Assembly (NCBI RefSeq): GCF_006345805.1
Contig: NC_042997.1
Span: 158,162,001-158,226,000, forward strand
Direction: 5' to 3'
Length of the DNA stretch: 64,000 nt
From: Octopus sinensis
Taxonomy: Eukaryota
Shown here: positions 38,313 through 51,295 of the stretch, piece by piece
Layout: each line of letters starts with the position of its first letter
Numbering within the stretch: position 1 is the first letter of the stretch
Made by a program: the position numbers and the translations under genes
Notes under the pieces: model-generated
What the model was told of the DNA's origin: nothing
The model's database searches: none
The model's input: only the letters and a program-made list of their open reading frames with translations

Positions 38313-41300
38313 TTTTTTTTTTCTTCTTTCAAATTTTCTTCCATTTCTTGCCGAGTGTCTTCCCGACTCCTAGGGCAAAGAAACTCATAGTGTATATTGG
38401 TAGGCCATTAAACCAAACGCAGTAGTTCGTTCATTTTTTTTTTTTTTTTTTTTTTTTTAAAGTTAAATTAAAATTAAAATACATGAGCAGCAACAGTTCT
38501 CACATCGACAATGCTCTTCTCAATACGTGTGATGTACCAGTTAAGACAATCTTTTGCACTTCTTGCAGGGATGGTAAGCCAGGGATCATTCTCATATAAT
38601 TTTCGGTTCCCTTCTTGATCATTCCTAGTGCTCCTACGATCACTGGTATTGTAACCGCCTTGAGATGCCACATTTTCTCAATTTCAATGAGTAGGTCTTT
38701 ATATTTTCTGAGCTTGTCAAACTCTTTCGCTGAGATATTATGATCACAGGGGATGCTCATGTCGATCAATAAGCAAACTTTATTGTTTTGGTCTTTCACA
38801 ACAATATCTGGTTTATTGGCCTTGATGGTTCGGTCTGTATGTACTGGAAAGTCCCACAGAATGGTTACATTTTCTCCTTCAGTTACAGCCTCAGGGTGGT
38901 GATTATACCACTTGTCGGCAGTTTTGATATTGTAATGCCGACTTATTAGCCAGTGGAGATATTGGCCAACTCTGTCATGTCTTAATTTATACTCCACTGG
39001 TGCTAAGACTTTACATCCAGAGATTAGGTGGTCCACTGTTTCAATCATGTCGTTGCAGAATCGGCATTTTGGGTCTGCTCCATTTTTCATCACATTGGCC
39101 TGGTAGTTCCGGGTTAATAGGCTTTGGTCTTGAGCAGCCAGGATGAAACCTTCGCTCTCTGCTTTTAGCCCTGAGCTCCGCAGCCACTGATGGGTTTGCT
39201 TCTGGTCAACATCAGCTTGTTTGCTGCGGGTCACATATTTGCCGTGCAGAGGTTTCTCCTCCCACCTATCAGCCAATTGCTCGTGCGCTTTTTTCATTGC
39301 CATCATTTTCACCTTCTTTGCAACAATAGTTGCCGTACTTCCCTCGGTTTGTTCAGTTTGGGTATCCTGCACGAGATCAATAGCAAATTCTTTGCTTTCC
39401 TTGATGATAGAATGAAGCTTCTTTCGTCTCTCGTGATTTTCCACGAGCTTTAGCATCCAGTCATTCGATATTTCGAGATATTTGGCCAGTCCAATTGTGG
39501 TTGTTTTGTAAGCTAGTTCAAATTGGATCAGGCCTCGACCTCCTTGGGCTCTGGGAAGGTAAAGGCGATCTACGTCTGCCTTTGGGTGGTGCATCCTATT
39601 ACAACTCAGCAGCTTGCGTATTTTTCTATCTATATTCTTTACTTCACTCATATTCCAGTTCAACACATTGTAGCTATAAGTAACAACTGGAACTGCTAAG
39701 GAATTTATAGCTAACACCTTGTTACGTGCATTTAGTTCAGATTTCAGGACTGCACGAACTCTCCTATAACATTCCTTCCTGATTTTCTCTTTCATGCTTG
39801 CATGCTGAATACCAGAGCCTTCATTTATCCCTAAATATTTGTATGTCTGTTCTTGCTCAAGCTCTCTTATGACTGTGTCAACATCTAACACGACTGAATT
39901 TGTGGTCTTCACTTTCCCTTTCTGGAAAGTGGCCTTGGCACACTTCTCAAGTCCAAACTCCATCCCGATGTCATCGCTGAATGCTTTCACGGTGCGCAAT
40001 AGGCCTTCAAGTTCATTATTGTCTTTACCATAAAGTTTTAAGTCATCCATATAAAATAGATGGCTTATTTTTTTATTGGCAATTTTATACCCATACCCTG
40101 TTCTGTTTAATTCACTTGTAAGGGGTATTAGGGCTATGCAGAATATTAAAGGTGAAAGTGAGTCACCTTGAAAAATTCCACAGTTGATGTTTATATTTTC
40201 GGAGGCAAGTACTCCATTAGAGTGGTATAATTGGAGATTCGTATTCCACAACGACATATTGTGCTTCAGGAAGTTTGAAATCACAGGGGAAATTTTAAAG
40301 ATGTCCAGCGATCTCAAGATCCATGGATGCGGTATACTGTCGAAGGCCTTTTTATAGTCAATCCATGCGGTGCTGAGATTTCTGCGCTTGTTGTGACAGT
40401 TCTCAAGGATCATACGATTGATTAGCAGTTGATCTTTGCATCCGTAAGAGCCTCGGCGGCACCCTTTTTGTTCAATGGGAAAATATCGTTCTTCTCCATG
40501 AATGCATATGTCTTCTCCGCCAGGATAGATGTTAGGATTTTATACGTGGTGGATAGACAGGTTATAGGCCGATAGTTTTTTGGAAGGTTGGTTTCGTTAT
40601 TCTTTGGGAGTAGGTAAGTAATGCCACTTGCTAACCATTCAGGTGTTTTCTTTGGGTCTCTCAAAATTCCATTGAGCAGCTGAACTAGCTTACCGTGTGC
40701 GCACGGGAGCGATGCGAGCCAGAAATTCGGCACCCTATCTTTACCGGGGGATTTCCAATTATGGGCCTTCGTGAGTGCCTTTCTTAGGTCTGCTATTGTG
40801 ATATCTTCCCATGCTTGTTGTTGTAAATTTTGGTAGGATCCTTCAGTTTGTATAATCCAGTCTGCATTTATGTTGTACGTCTTCTTGTCACTCCAGATCC
40901 TTTCCCAAAAGTTTTGAACTTCTTCCATGGGAGGGGGGTCTTTAACGGTTACTTTCTCCTTCCCTATTTCTCTGTAGAAGTTTTTGGCATTGGATGTGAA
41001 CAGCTTATTTTGCTTGTAAAACTTGTTTCTCTTCTCAAATCTTTTTGTTTCAGCGTTTCTTTTATTGATATCAGTTCTTCTCTTGGCGAGGATCCAAATT
41101 TTCTCTTCATCTTTCTTCCTGTTCTGGATCTTACATCATTTCCACATATTAGTTCATTTAATATTGATATTTCCCCTCTCATAAATTCAATCTCTTTTTC
41201 AATTTTACTTCTCCAGGTTTGATTTCTTCCCAGGTTTTGTTTTCTTTGTTTTTTCGGGGGCATACAGCTGGTTTCAATTGCCCTAGCAGAAGCGTAAATA

Positions 41301-42269
41301 ATTTCATTTAACTCAGTAAAATCAGGTTTTAATTCTCGTATTATTTCATTTGTTACATAGTTGCCAATTTGGATTTGCTTTTTATTTTGGTTTGTATTTG
41401 AGAGTTTATGAAGCGGTTCTCTATCATTCATACTTGTATGTCTTACAACTTCAAGCGTATTCAGGATTTTCTGCCTCATTTCTGCCATAGACTCTCTGTG
41501 TTCTTCAGCAAATGCGAGATCTTCAGTTACTGTTGTTTTTTCGTTTTCCTGGCTATCTTTAACAGGTACAATAGAATTTCTTGTATCTTCAGGCCTTTGC
41601 GTACTTTGGTCAGATGGCAGTCTTTCAATTAAGCCTCGTGGCGGGCTATACTGTTCATCTGATTCTTCATTTCCTTTGTGTCTTATATTTATATCATTTT
41701 CCGTTGCGTGCTTGATCGCGCTTATTTCACTGTCTGTGAGTCTGTTATTTCTAAAGATATCCCTCCTCACATTTGCTAATTTGTTCTCGTCCAAATAGGG
41801 CCTACTGTCTTGATTCCGTGTTCTCCATATACTGTAAGAGTTTGCGGTGTGTCTCTCTTGAGATGGCCTACCTAATGCATAGTAATAAGCGTATATTACT
41901 TCTTTATACTCTTCTCGGGTCCATTTGTTCCGCTTACATTTTTCTTTCTGTGGTGGTTGTGGTGGTGAACTTGGAGGGCTCGAGTTGGGGGATTTCCCGT
42001 TCAAGTGACCATCCATGTCCGTATTCGGAGAAGAGTTTGTGCCAGTTGATGACTTTTCGATCCCAGGCTGGCTCTTCCCTGGGGGACGCGCTTCCAGATT
42101 AACCATAGGACAAGCGATTTGGTATACTGATTTAGTTTTCCTTTTAGTTTCCAAAAACATTTTGGTGCTATGATAATGTTATCATTTTTTAGCTTTGATT
42201 GGCTCGTGGGGAGACGGCCATCATTGCCGTTACAATTATAATCGTACCATTATAGCAGCCGTAGTCGGC
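38243..42269 (-). mobile_element. Near full-length R4/Dong-clade non-LTR retrotransposon (~4 kb)
   Basis: A single ~1200-aa ORF broken at ~41040 (short deletion) and ~40475 (1-nt loss). N-terminal KWTREEY domain, RT (YMDDLKLY), CCHC finger (CRFC..HLISGC), RLE (PDIVV..LLIDMSIP..KYKDL). 3' (TAA)n tail at 38243-38311; TAA-like flank at the 5' end. Confidence 0.95.
38500..40413 (-). CDS. RT + zinc finger + restriction-like endonuclease portion of the Dong ORF (637 aa open)
   Basis: From the ORF track; all catalytic motifs are present. The true frame extends upstream across the frameshifts. Confidence 0.9.
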   Translation of the reverse strand: MILENCHNKRRNLSTAWIDYKKAFDSIPHPWILRSLDIFKISPVISNFLKHNMSLWNTNLQLYHSNGVLASENININCGIFQGDSLSPLIFCIALIPLTSELNRTGYGYKIANKKISHLFYMDDLKLYGKDNNELEGLLRTVKAFSDDIGMEFGLEKCAKATFQKGKVKTTNSVVLDVDTVIRELEQEQTYKYLGINEGSGIQHASMKEKIRKECYRRVRAVLKSELNARNKVLAINSLAVPVVTYSYNVLNWNMSEVKNIDRKIRKLLSCNRMHHPKADVDRLYLPRAQGGRGLIQFELAYKTTTIGLAKYLEISNDWMLKLVENHERRKKLHSIIKESKEFAIDLVQDTQTEQTEGSTATIVAKKVKMMAMKKAHEQLADRWEEKPLHGKYVTRSKQADVDQKQTHQWLRSSGLKAESEGFILAAQDQSLLTRNYQANVMKNGADPKCRFCNDMIETVDHLISGCKVLAPVEYKLRHDRVGQYLHWLISRHYNIKTADKWYNHHPEAVTEGENVTILWDFPVHTDRTIKANKPDIVVKDQNNKVCLLIDMSIPCDHNISAKEFDKLRKYKDLLIEIEKMWHLKAVTIPVIVGALGMIKKGTENYMRMIPGLPSLQEVQKIVLTGTSHVLRRALSM

Positions 42270-42702
42270 TTATTATTGTTATTATCTTCACCATTACCAT
42301 CACTATCATCATTATCACCACCATTACCATCATCATCATCATCATCACCATCACCATCACCACCATCATCATCAATGATATTGTTTTATGTGTAGTCACA
42401 GCAGTATCTTATTATTGTTATTTTTGTTTTTTTATCATTATCACCATCACAGTAGTGTCTGTCTGTCTCGTTGGCTGGCTTGGTGGTTGGCTGGCTGACT
42501 GTCTTCAATGCCAGAGTTCTTGCCTGTCAAGTAATACTTTCATTTTGGTTAACAATAGAGCCGAGGTGAGGTTTGTGTGTGTGTGTGTGTGTAGATAGAT
42601 AGATAGAATATCAGCACTATTACTATCTTTTTTTTTTTTTTTTTTGGGTGGGGTCAAAAAAAGTTCAGATGTTTACTACTATTAGCCTTAAGAAAAATTA
42701 AG

Positions 42703-43619
42703 GAAGGGGTGTCCTGTATTGTTTGTGAATAGAGAAGTTGTGTTCGACCAGAGAGAATCTTAGCATCATTATTTTTTCCATGTGCGTTTGTGTTATTGCA
42801 ATAAAAAGTGTTTGTATATTTCGTGTAAGGTAATATTGTGGAGGTTGAAGTTGACTTTTCTAGAGATGTTTGTATGTCCAGTTAGAAGAACAGGTGTGTT
42901 TTTGCAATAAAAAGTATATGTTTACATTTATATTTGAATATTCAGGGAGGAAGCAAAGAAAAGTCAGATTTTCATAGAAAGTTTTACGGTTTTGAAAGTC
43001 CACAAAAAGAAAAGCGTGATGTTTTTAGAGAGAAGAAAAAAAAAGGATGTTTACAGAGGCAATTGTGGGTATCAAAGTTTTTAAAGCTGGTCGAATGTAT
43101 GATTGAAAACTGTAGATATGTAAATTTGTAAATTTTCTTAACTTATTTTGAAGGGCTGTTCTGTATTATTTGTGAATAGAGAAGCTGTGTTCGACCAGAG
43201 AGAATCTTAGCATCATTATTTTTTCCATGTGCGTTTGTGTTATTGCAATAAAAAGTGTTTGTATATTTCGTGCAAGGTAATATTGTGGAGGTTGAAGTTG
43301 ACCCCTCTAGAGATGTTTGTATGTCCAGTTAGTTAGAAGAACAGGTGTGTTTTTGCAATAAAAAGTATATGTTTACATTTATATTTGAATATTCTGGGAG
43401 GAAGCAAAGAAAAGTCAGATATTCATAGAAAGTTTTAGGGTTTTGCAAGTCTACAAAAAGAAAAAAAGAAAAGCGTGATGTTTTTAGAGAAAAGAAAAAA
43501 AAAAGAAACAAAAAAGGGTGCTTACAGAGGCAGTTGTGGGTATTAAAGTTTTTAAAGCCGATCGGATTTATGTTTGAAAGCTGTAGATACGTAAATTTGT
43601 AAATTTCTTAACCCACTTT
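42703..43619. repeat. Two-unit tandem duplication (447 and 470 bp)
   Basis: Units begin gaaggggtgtcctgtatt (42703) and gaagggctgttctgtatt (43150). Each contains ttgcaataaaaagt twice. Confidence 0.9.
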
Positions 43620-43788
43620 GAAGAGAATTTCAAATACTCACGAGGTATTGTAGATGTTCCAGTCTTTGAGAGTTATTTTTCCCCGTTGCTAAACTGGCCC
43701 ATATTAGTGTTTCTATGGCTTTCGGCCACCGAACTGTCAGAGCAGTGAGGAACACGTCCAGCCGCTGTCAAGGCTGGTGCTTCTCTCC

Positions 43789-44245
<457 letters not shown>

Positions 44246-45197
44246 TCAGTGATCAGTGAATGCATTTTTTAACCATTAGTATCAATTTCGGTTTCAAACA
44301 CGGAAACAGTCGTACTCACTGTGATGTTTATACTTTTACATGGCTAGAGATTGAATGAAAAGTGATGGGGAAGTATAGTTTGGAAGAATCAATTATTTCG
44401 ATCAAATCGGGATCTTCTCAACTGGAATGACACATCATTGATCATGGATGTGAATGGCATTAGTGTTCTAAGAATCTGGCAACATTATCACAAACTTCCG
44501 CTAAATATTGTTAGCAGGAGTTTGCTAGGATATTTTAGATGCACTTGTGATGTACAAGAGGATAAGTGGTGAAACCCATTTTGAACTATTCTGTAAGGTC
44601 CACCAGAAACAGAGTTGAAGATGCAGAGAGAGACATATAGTGTTGCCGAACATTTTAGGAGAGAAGTTACAACAGTTGTAAGAGGTGAAATGTACTCTTC
44701 CCGAAATGGCAAGTCAATAAATTTTCCTGTGAGATGAGTCAAGAAAGCGAATATAATTGGAGCAGGCTTTGTTGAATTTTCCGGTGGAGTGCCTTTCCCA
44801 AGTTGAGGCCCCAAATTATCGCTATTGCATGCTTTCTCTTTGCATGTTTTGAAGCACCGAGATTACATAATAGGTTAATACCTCCATTCTGTATCGTTAC
44901 TTGGTTTTTGCATTTCTGTAATCTTGCGCGCGTCAAAATATGTGTAACCCATTTGAATTTTCTACTTCCCTGGGTATGAATATTGCATTAGTTTCTATAT
45001 TATTTTGCTTAGCCGCAGGTAAAACAGTTATTATTTTATAGGTTGTTGGTTTAGCTTAGAGTGAAACTTTTGTGTTTTTGTTTAACAAAATTGCTGTCGT
45101 TATTTATATGACGACGGATTATATGATTTAGTAATTTAGGAAAAGTGATTTTAGTTACATTTTTGTTGCTATTTTCTCTTTAATACTATAGTAATTA

Positions 45198-48010
45198 CAC
45201 TGGTCAACACGAATTTTGGTGCCAAGAAACAAAACACGTTTTTAGATAATTTGAAGGTGCTGATTCCGAAAACGACCTTTGTATTTCATGGTTAGCTAGC
45301 GTTTTTGCTGTACTGAAACTGCACATTTTTTAAAAAAAGATCAATTTACCATCTTGGCCGATCGCAAACTTTAATTTAAAAAGGTATTAGAAACGCATGA
45401 ATTTTCAGGTGGGCCGAGTAGTTTATGTCAGCTACTTGAAATAAACTATTTTTCAAAGAAAAAAGTGTTTTTGAGTCAAAACATTTAAAATAGAAGTGCC
45501 AAATTTTTCCAATTTACTGCAAAAATTTAAATTAGCTGATAAACTTTATCAGTAATACACTTTAGTAAACCTGATAATTAAGGTGACATAAAAAAGGAAT
45601 CCCTAAAATCTTCTGTTGGATATTCATAAATGTATCTCATCACTTTTAACCCTTCAATACGGAAGGAAACCAAATACATTCAGAGCTTTTGTTTTCACAG
45701 TTAGAAAAAAAAACTCCAACTAAAAACAACCCAATTGAATGCACCTAATCAATTGTACATGATGAGCATCATGAAAATGGTTTCATCACAAGATCTGCTC
45801 TCCACCCGGGATTACGAAGATATGAAGTAGAATCCGCGTAACGACTCTTTCCGTTTTTTGTTATTGACAGTTTCAGGAGTGTTTGCGTAGGACATTGGGA
45901 AAGATAAATTACCTAAATTTGAACACGCAAAGTTTAATGTAAATGCTCGACCAACTCATGTTCTTTCTTAATCATAGAGATAGATATCAAATGACATGGG
46001 TTCAACAAGAGAATACAAAATGATCCCAACTTATTTTGCTATACATGCGGCGAGTTCATACCGAAAGCCAACAGGAAACTGATATATGACTTTTACAAGA
46101 AAGCCTATCGTGCTTACTTTCACGTCGAGCTTGGTGATCAGGACAAATTATGGTCCCCTCACATTGTTTTCAAAACATGTTTGGAACACATGAGACAGTG
46201 GACTTCAGGTACCCGAAAATAGCTGAGATTCGCTATTCCTATGATCTGGCGTGAATCAAAGAACCCCTCTGACGAATGTTACTTCTGTTCAGTCAGTGTT
46301 GCGGGACTGACAATTGACTATCCCAGTCTTCATTCCGCTATTCGACCAGTGTCGCATTCAGATCATTTGCCAATCCCAATTTTTCACGATAATTTGTTGA
46401 AACTTGTTGAAAGTGACGAGTCTGATACTGATGTAAATGACAGACACAGTAAAAACAATCCTGACTATGAGCCGTTTAATCAAAATAAGTTGAATGATTT
46501 GGTTCGAGACTTAAATCTAAGCAAAGAATGAGCAGAACTTTTGATCTCTAGGCTCAACGAAAAACACCTATTAGCAAAAGGCACAAATGTAACATTCTAT
46601 CAAAATAGAGATGCTGAATTTGTACCATTCTTTAATGAGAACACGGATCTTGTTCCCTGCAGTGATGTTGAGAGCGTTCTTCTTCGACTAGGCGTCCACA
46701 AGTATGATCGTGATGAATGGAGATTGTTCATTGATAGCTCAAAACGTAGTTTGAAATGTGTTTTGCTCTATAATACCAACATGAGGTTGGTATTATTAAC
46801 TATAGGTTATTAAACAACACTGAAAGAAAAGCATGATGCCATCAAACAGGTTATGAAACAGATTGACTACACCAAACATAAATGGGTGTTATGTATCGAT
46901 TTGAAAATGGTAAATTTCCTGCTTGGTCAACAAAGTGGCTACACGAAATTCCCATGTTTATTGTGTATGTGGGACAGTAGCTCAAAAGAGGAGCATTGGA
47001 AAAGGAAAGTTTGGTCACCCCTAGAGTTGAAGGTCAGTGAAAATAACGTTATAAGTGCAACGCTAGTTCCGAAAGAAAAACATCATCTTCCCTCCTTTGC
47101 ATATCAAATTGGGAATAATGAAACAGTATGTAAAATCATTCGACAAAGAAAGTAAATGTTTTGAGTACAAATATAAGTCGTTTCCAGGACTTAGCACCGA
47201 AAAACTCAAAACAGGAGTGTTTGATGGTCATGATAACAGGAAACACATTACGGATGAGGAATTTCTTAATTCAATGAATGACTTGGAATTATGCGCTTGG
47301 ACATCGTTTGTTGATGTGGCAATTGCCGGGCCGAAAACTACAAAGAGTTAGTGGAAAAGCTGTTGAAGGGTCTAATATGAATATGAAGGTTCATTTTTTA
47401 CAATCCATGTAGATAAATTTCCGGATAATCACGGTGATGTGAGTGATGAGAACGATTCCACCAGGATATCAAAACAATGGAAGAGTGCTATAAGGGACGG
47501 TGGGACAAACGAATGATTGCTGACTACTGCTGGAGTATCAAAAGGGACTTAATTAACATTGAACATTATAGACAATCAAGAAAGAGAAATTTTTTGCCAT
47601 AATTCTTATATTCACGAAGGCTTTATTTCTAATGTTAGTTTATTCAATGACTTGATGAAAATACCTGGTCTGGGTATATTCAATCGTGTTAGTTTCAAAA
47701 CTTTGGGGTCTGATTGTTGTTGTAGAAATAGTATTTCTCAATAAGGAGACCAATATTTGTTGGTTTAAATACGAATTGAGAGGTTTCTACGATTTTACTT
47801 TGAGAAATATTGCCATCGATCAATATCAAATATACAAAAAAATAATTGAAAAATATGCTTTTTTTTCCAAAAATGAAGCATTTATGTACAGCAAAAACGG
47901 TAGCTAACCAAGAAAAAGTGAGGTCATTTTCAGATTCAGCGCCTTCAAATTAGCTAAAAAGATGTTTGATGTCTCGACACCATTTCAAATTTTTTTTTTG
48001 TTGACTAGTG
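45198..48010 (+). mobile_element. Chapaev3-like (CMC) DNA transposon, full length (2813 bp), pseudogenised transposase ~45996-47600
   Basis: TTA TSD on both sides, termini CACTGGTCAACA / rc CACTAGTCAACA, ~130-bp imperfect TIRs. Motifs FCYTCG, WRESKN..CYFC, FIDSSKRSLK, LLGQQSGYTKFPC, HIKLGIMKQ, RFHQDI, ADYCW. Family name is from recall. Confidence 0.8.
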
Positions 48011-48351
48011 TTAGCCTTTCCATTTTCATATTTTTGCGTTTTTCTTGCTGATTTCATAAAATATTGAGAAATTGTTTCTTTCATTTCCATGCTTGTTTGC
48101 TGCATTTTATCCTTGTGTTCGTATGTTCAGCAAATTTTCAGGAGGTCCTCAATTTTCCAATATGCCCACTGAGATTTCGGCATACAGAATATTTAATATA
48201 TTTCGTTGATACTGTAGTGTGCCCTTTTTTCTGTAGGTCTACTATGATATAGTTTGCATGTTTAAGTATTGATACAATTTTGTCGATCATGATCACATGG
48301 GAATATCGCTCATTGATATGAATTTTTAAATATTTTAATTCGTTCTATCTT

Positions 48352-48502
48352 ATGCAAACATCTCTAAAAATACCAGTTCTCGTCCGATCACCGAAGTTAA
48401 TTCGCAAACGAGTAACCGTGTACGAAACTTAAGTGCTGTAAGCAAAACCTTAATGACGGTGTCCAGCATGTCCACAGCCCTTTCGATCAAACCAGTAAAA
48501 AC
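48352..48502 (+). mobile_element. 5S rRNA-derived head joined to a CR1-type tail (SINE3-like relic)
   Basis: accagttctcgtccgatcaccgaagttaa matches invertebrate 5S nt ~25-55. The 3' end gacggtgtccagcatgtccacagccc resembles the LINE/SINE tail. Confidence 0.5.
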
Positions 48503-50958
48503 TTTGTCGCCCAGGATCCTTGGCCCATTCAGCTACTGTCATAGTTTTGTTGATGTCGTTCTACTTCGATTTTTTAAAGTTTATAATTTGTAGAGTATTG
48601 TGATTTGAATTTTCTTGTTTCAGTACTTGTTTTGCTCTGAATATTCTGGCAGTTACATTTCAGTTTTATGCTCTAAGCCTTTATGGTTTTTATGGTTTTC
48701 CTCATCAGTTAATTTGGTGCTTGATTGTTATTTCTTTATATATTTTATAATGTATTCTTACATTTTGTTGAAAAACTTTCAAACGCATCTGATATGAAAT
48801 CATTGAAAACAAGATCTTAGTATCCATATCATCTCATTTGTATTCTATATGTTAGCGAAGATATGGCATATTTTATTACTAGATAAGGTATTAAGAATAT
48901 TACATAGAGCGATGCATGTTTAAAGTATAATAAGAGCTTTCTGAGACTCACTGATATATATAACTTTTGCAAATATTTTCTATTTCTTCTCTATCAATCA
49001 GTCCATTAATCAATATTTCTTTATAAGTATATGTGATGGGTCATGCTTCAAGATTTCTTATTTCGAATGTGTGTACGTCCATTAGTGTGTAGAATGTAAA
49101 GTAAACATAGGATAGTAGTACGTTTTGAAAGATACATGGATCTGAGGATAAATTTCTATATATATATCACAAAATTTGCTATTTTAGATGTTAATCACGC
49201 CTCAAAAGTTCTCTGATGATCATTTATTTCATCGTATAGGAGAATTTATGTCGTGTTGAAATCGCAAGGTTTCTGGTACATCCATCAATTCATGCTTTAT
49301 TAATAATATTTGTTTCTATTCGTGATGTAAAATAAATAAATGACATGTAGAGAAAAAAAGGATTCAACATAAAATCTAGAATGGATTAAGATAGAAAGCA
49401 AAGCGATTGAGAAGACAAAATAATAAGTAGACAAACTGAAGGGAAGAAAAAAGTGCGACTAGAAATAAACACTTGAATTATAAATAAAGTAAACAAGAGC
49501 TTTTATTTGACAATGAACCAAATTCTTACGTGCTAAAGGTTGTGGAAAACAAAATTGCGGTAGCCGTGACTTCCCAAATGGTTTGGAAATGTGAAAAAAA
49601 AAAGAGGAAAAATTAGAGAAATGAACAAAAAAAGCACGTCTTTGGCTGAAATGGTTTTATATTTTCCATAAAACTACGAATATTTTTGTAAAGACTAAAT
49701 AATATAAATAGAAAGGAAGTTCCTGGCAAATACATTCGCAGTTGACGGAAGTTACTTTCCGACTTTATAGTGTCAATAAAATAAGAACTAATCATGAATA
49801 AAATTGAAAATAATCAACTTCGGCCTTTCCCATTACAAATTGTTATTGTTGCGTCTAGTTATAAAAAATCAATTCTTAAAAACATAAAGCTATCAACCAG
49901 GAATAATCGCTATTATTGTAAGAAACAACACTTTAGAATTTATAGTATGCCAGGATTATAATAGCTTACTATAGTGAAAATGTACTTTTGATTCTATAGG
50001 CCTATAAAATAGACTGTTTCAAAGCACTCGACCTGACTTCAGTTTTCTAAAGAAGCTCGTTACGTCCTCATTCTTTATCACATTTTTGTGCTAGCATCAT
50101 ATCAAAAAATAACCCTGGCGTCATTCGGATGTTCTATAGAATATTAAACTCACATTTCTCTCTTACTTCTGCTTTCTTTGTCTGAAGAAAATGGCATTTC
50201 TGTAATGTTTCTTTTATCGCAAATAATAAGGTTTTCTACTATCACATTTCTTCCACATAGAATGACGACAATATTCACGAAATATAACTGATTTGCAAGT
50301 TTACTTTTTATTAATTCAAACGTGTAGCTGATAATTAAAATTTGCAGGTAATTAGGAAATGTAAACACACCCAGGTTTAGATGGATGCGTATTAGTTAAT
50401 TCTAAAGTATTTCTGATAGAAAGCATAAACAAGAAGATTTAATTGACATCAAAACACGACTTCTGTTCTGAAGAACATCATTCAAACAGAAAATGATTTA
50501 GTACAATAGCTGTGTGGGAGTTGCGCAAATGGTGTGAATGTAAATTGCAAGTAGACTGAACTGAAATATTTTCTTCAAAGAATGGTGAGATTCTGTTTGA
50601 AGAAATTTTCTATTTGCATTGTTCAAAAGAAAGAAGAGTTTTCGTTGAATGATTTAATTTAGTCATCTAACATGATTTCCGGATAGTACAATCTATTGGA
50701 ATCCTCTTTCAAGTAAAACACCATAAATTACACGTTCTTCCATTCGTCTGAATCGGTTGCTCTATCTCTGGTATTCGCATGCAGCAACGCACACACACAC
50801 ACACACACACTCACGCCCCCACGCACAGAGAAATACGAGACAGAAACACACATACACAAACACACATATATATAGATAATATATAGATATTTGCAAATTT
50901 GCAGATAAGCATCAATGGATGTTAACCTATACATAGACACATACTTGCATAAATGCAT

Positions 50959-51030
<72 letters not shown>

Positions 51031-51295
51031 CCATGTAAATATACGATTACTGGCTATTAGATGCTTTGTCGCAGTCAGGTTGAAAACTATGTATGGTACC
51101 GTTATTTGTAAATGTTTACTGGTGAAAATATATGCACAATATTTTGCCATTGTTTTGCAAATTTAAGAATGTTCGCGTGTAACACAACTGCATTTGTTTA
51201 CCCTGATTTTCCAATGAACAGAGAAGAACCTCTCTCTACTTAGAATTATTTATGGAAGTAGTTTCTCATGCGTATATCCTCCATAAATGAAACTA

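Noticed and set aside
33548-42102. Plus-strand ORFs overlapping the Dong copies (e.g. 39190-39453, 40830-41222, 41773-42102)
   Set aside because: Antisense shadows of the retrotransposon coding frame.
42160-42269. HDV-like ribozyme at the 5' end of the full-length Dong
   Set aside because: A UCCCCAC motif is present, but the region folds more simply as serial hairpins and I could not find P1/P2 pairings.
44488-44936. 108-aa and 65-aa minus-strand ORFs
   Set aside because: No recognisable motifs or splice support; lengths are compatible with chance or an unidentifiable relic.
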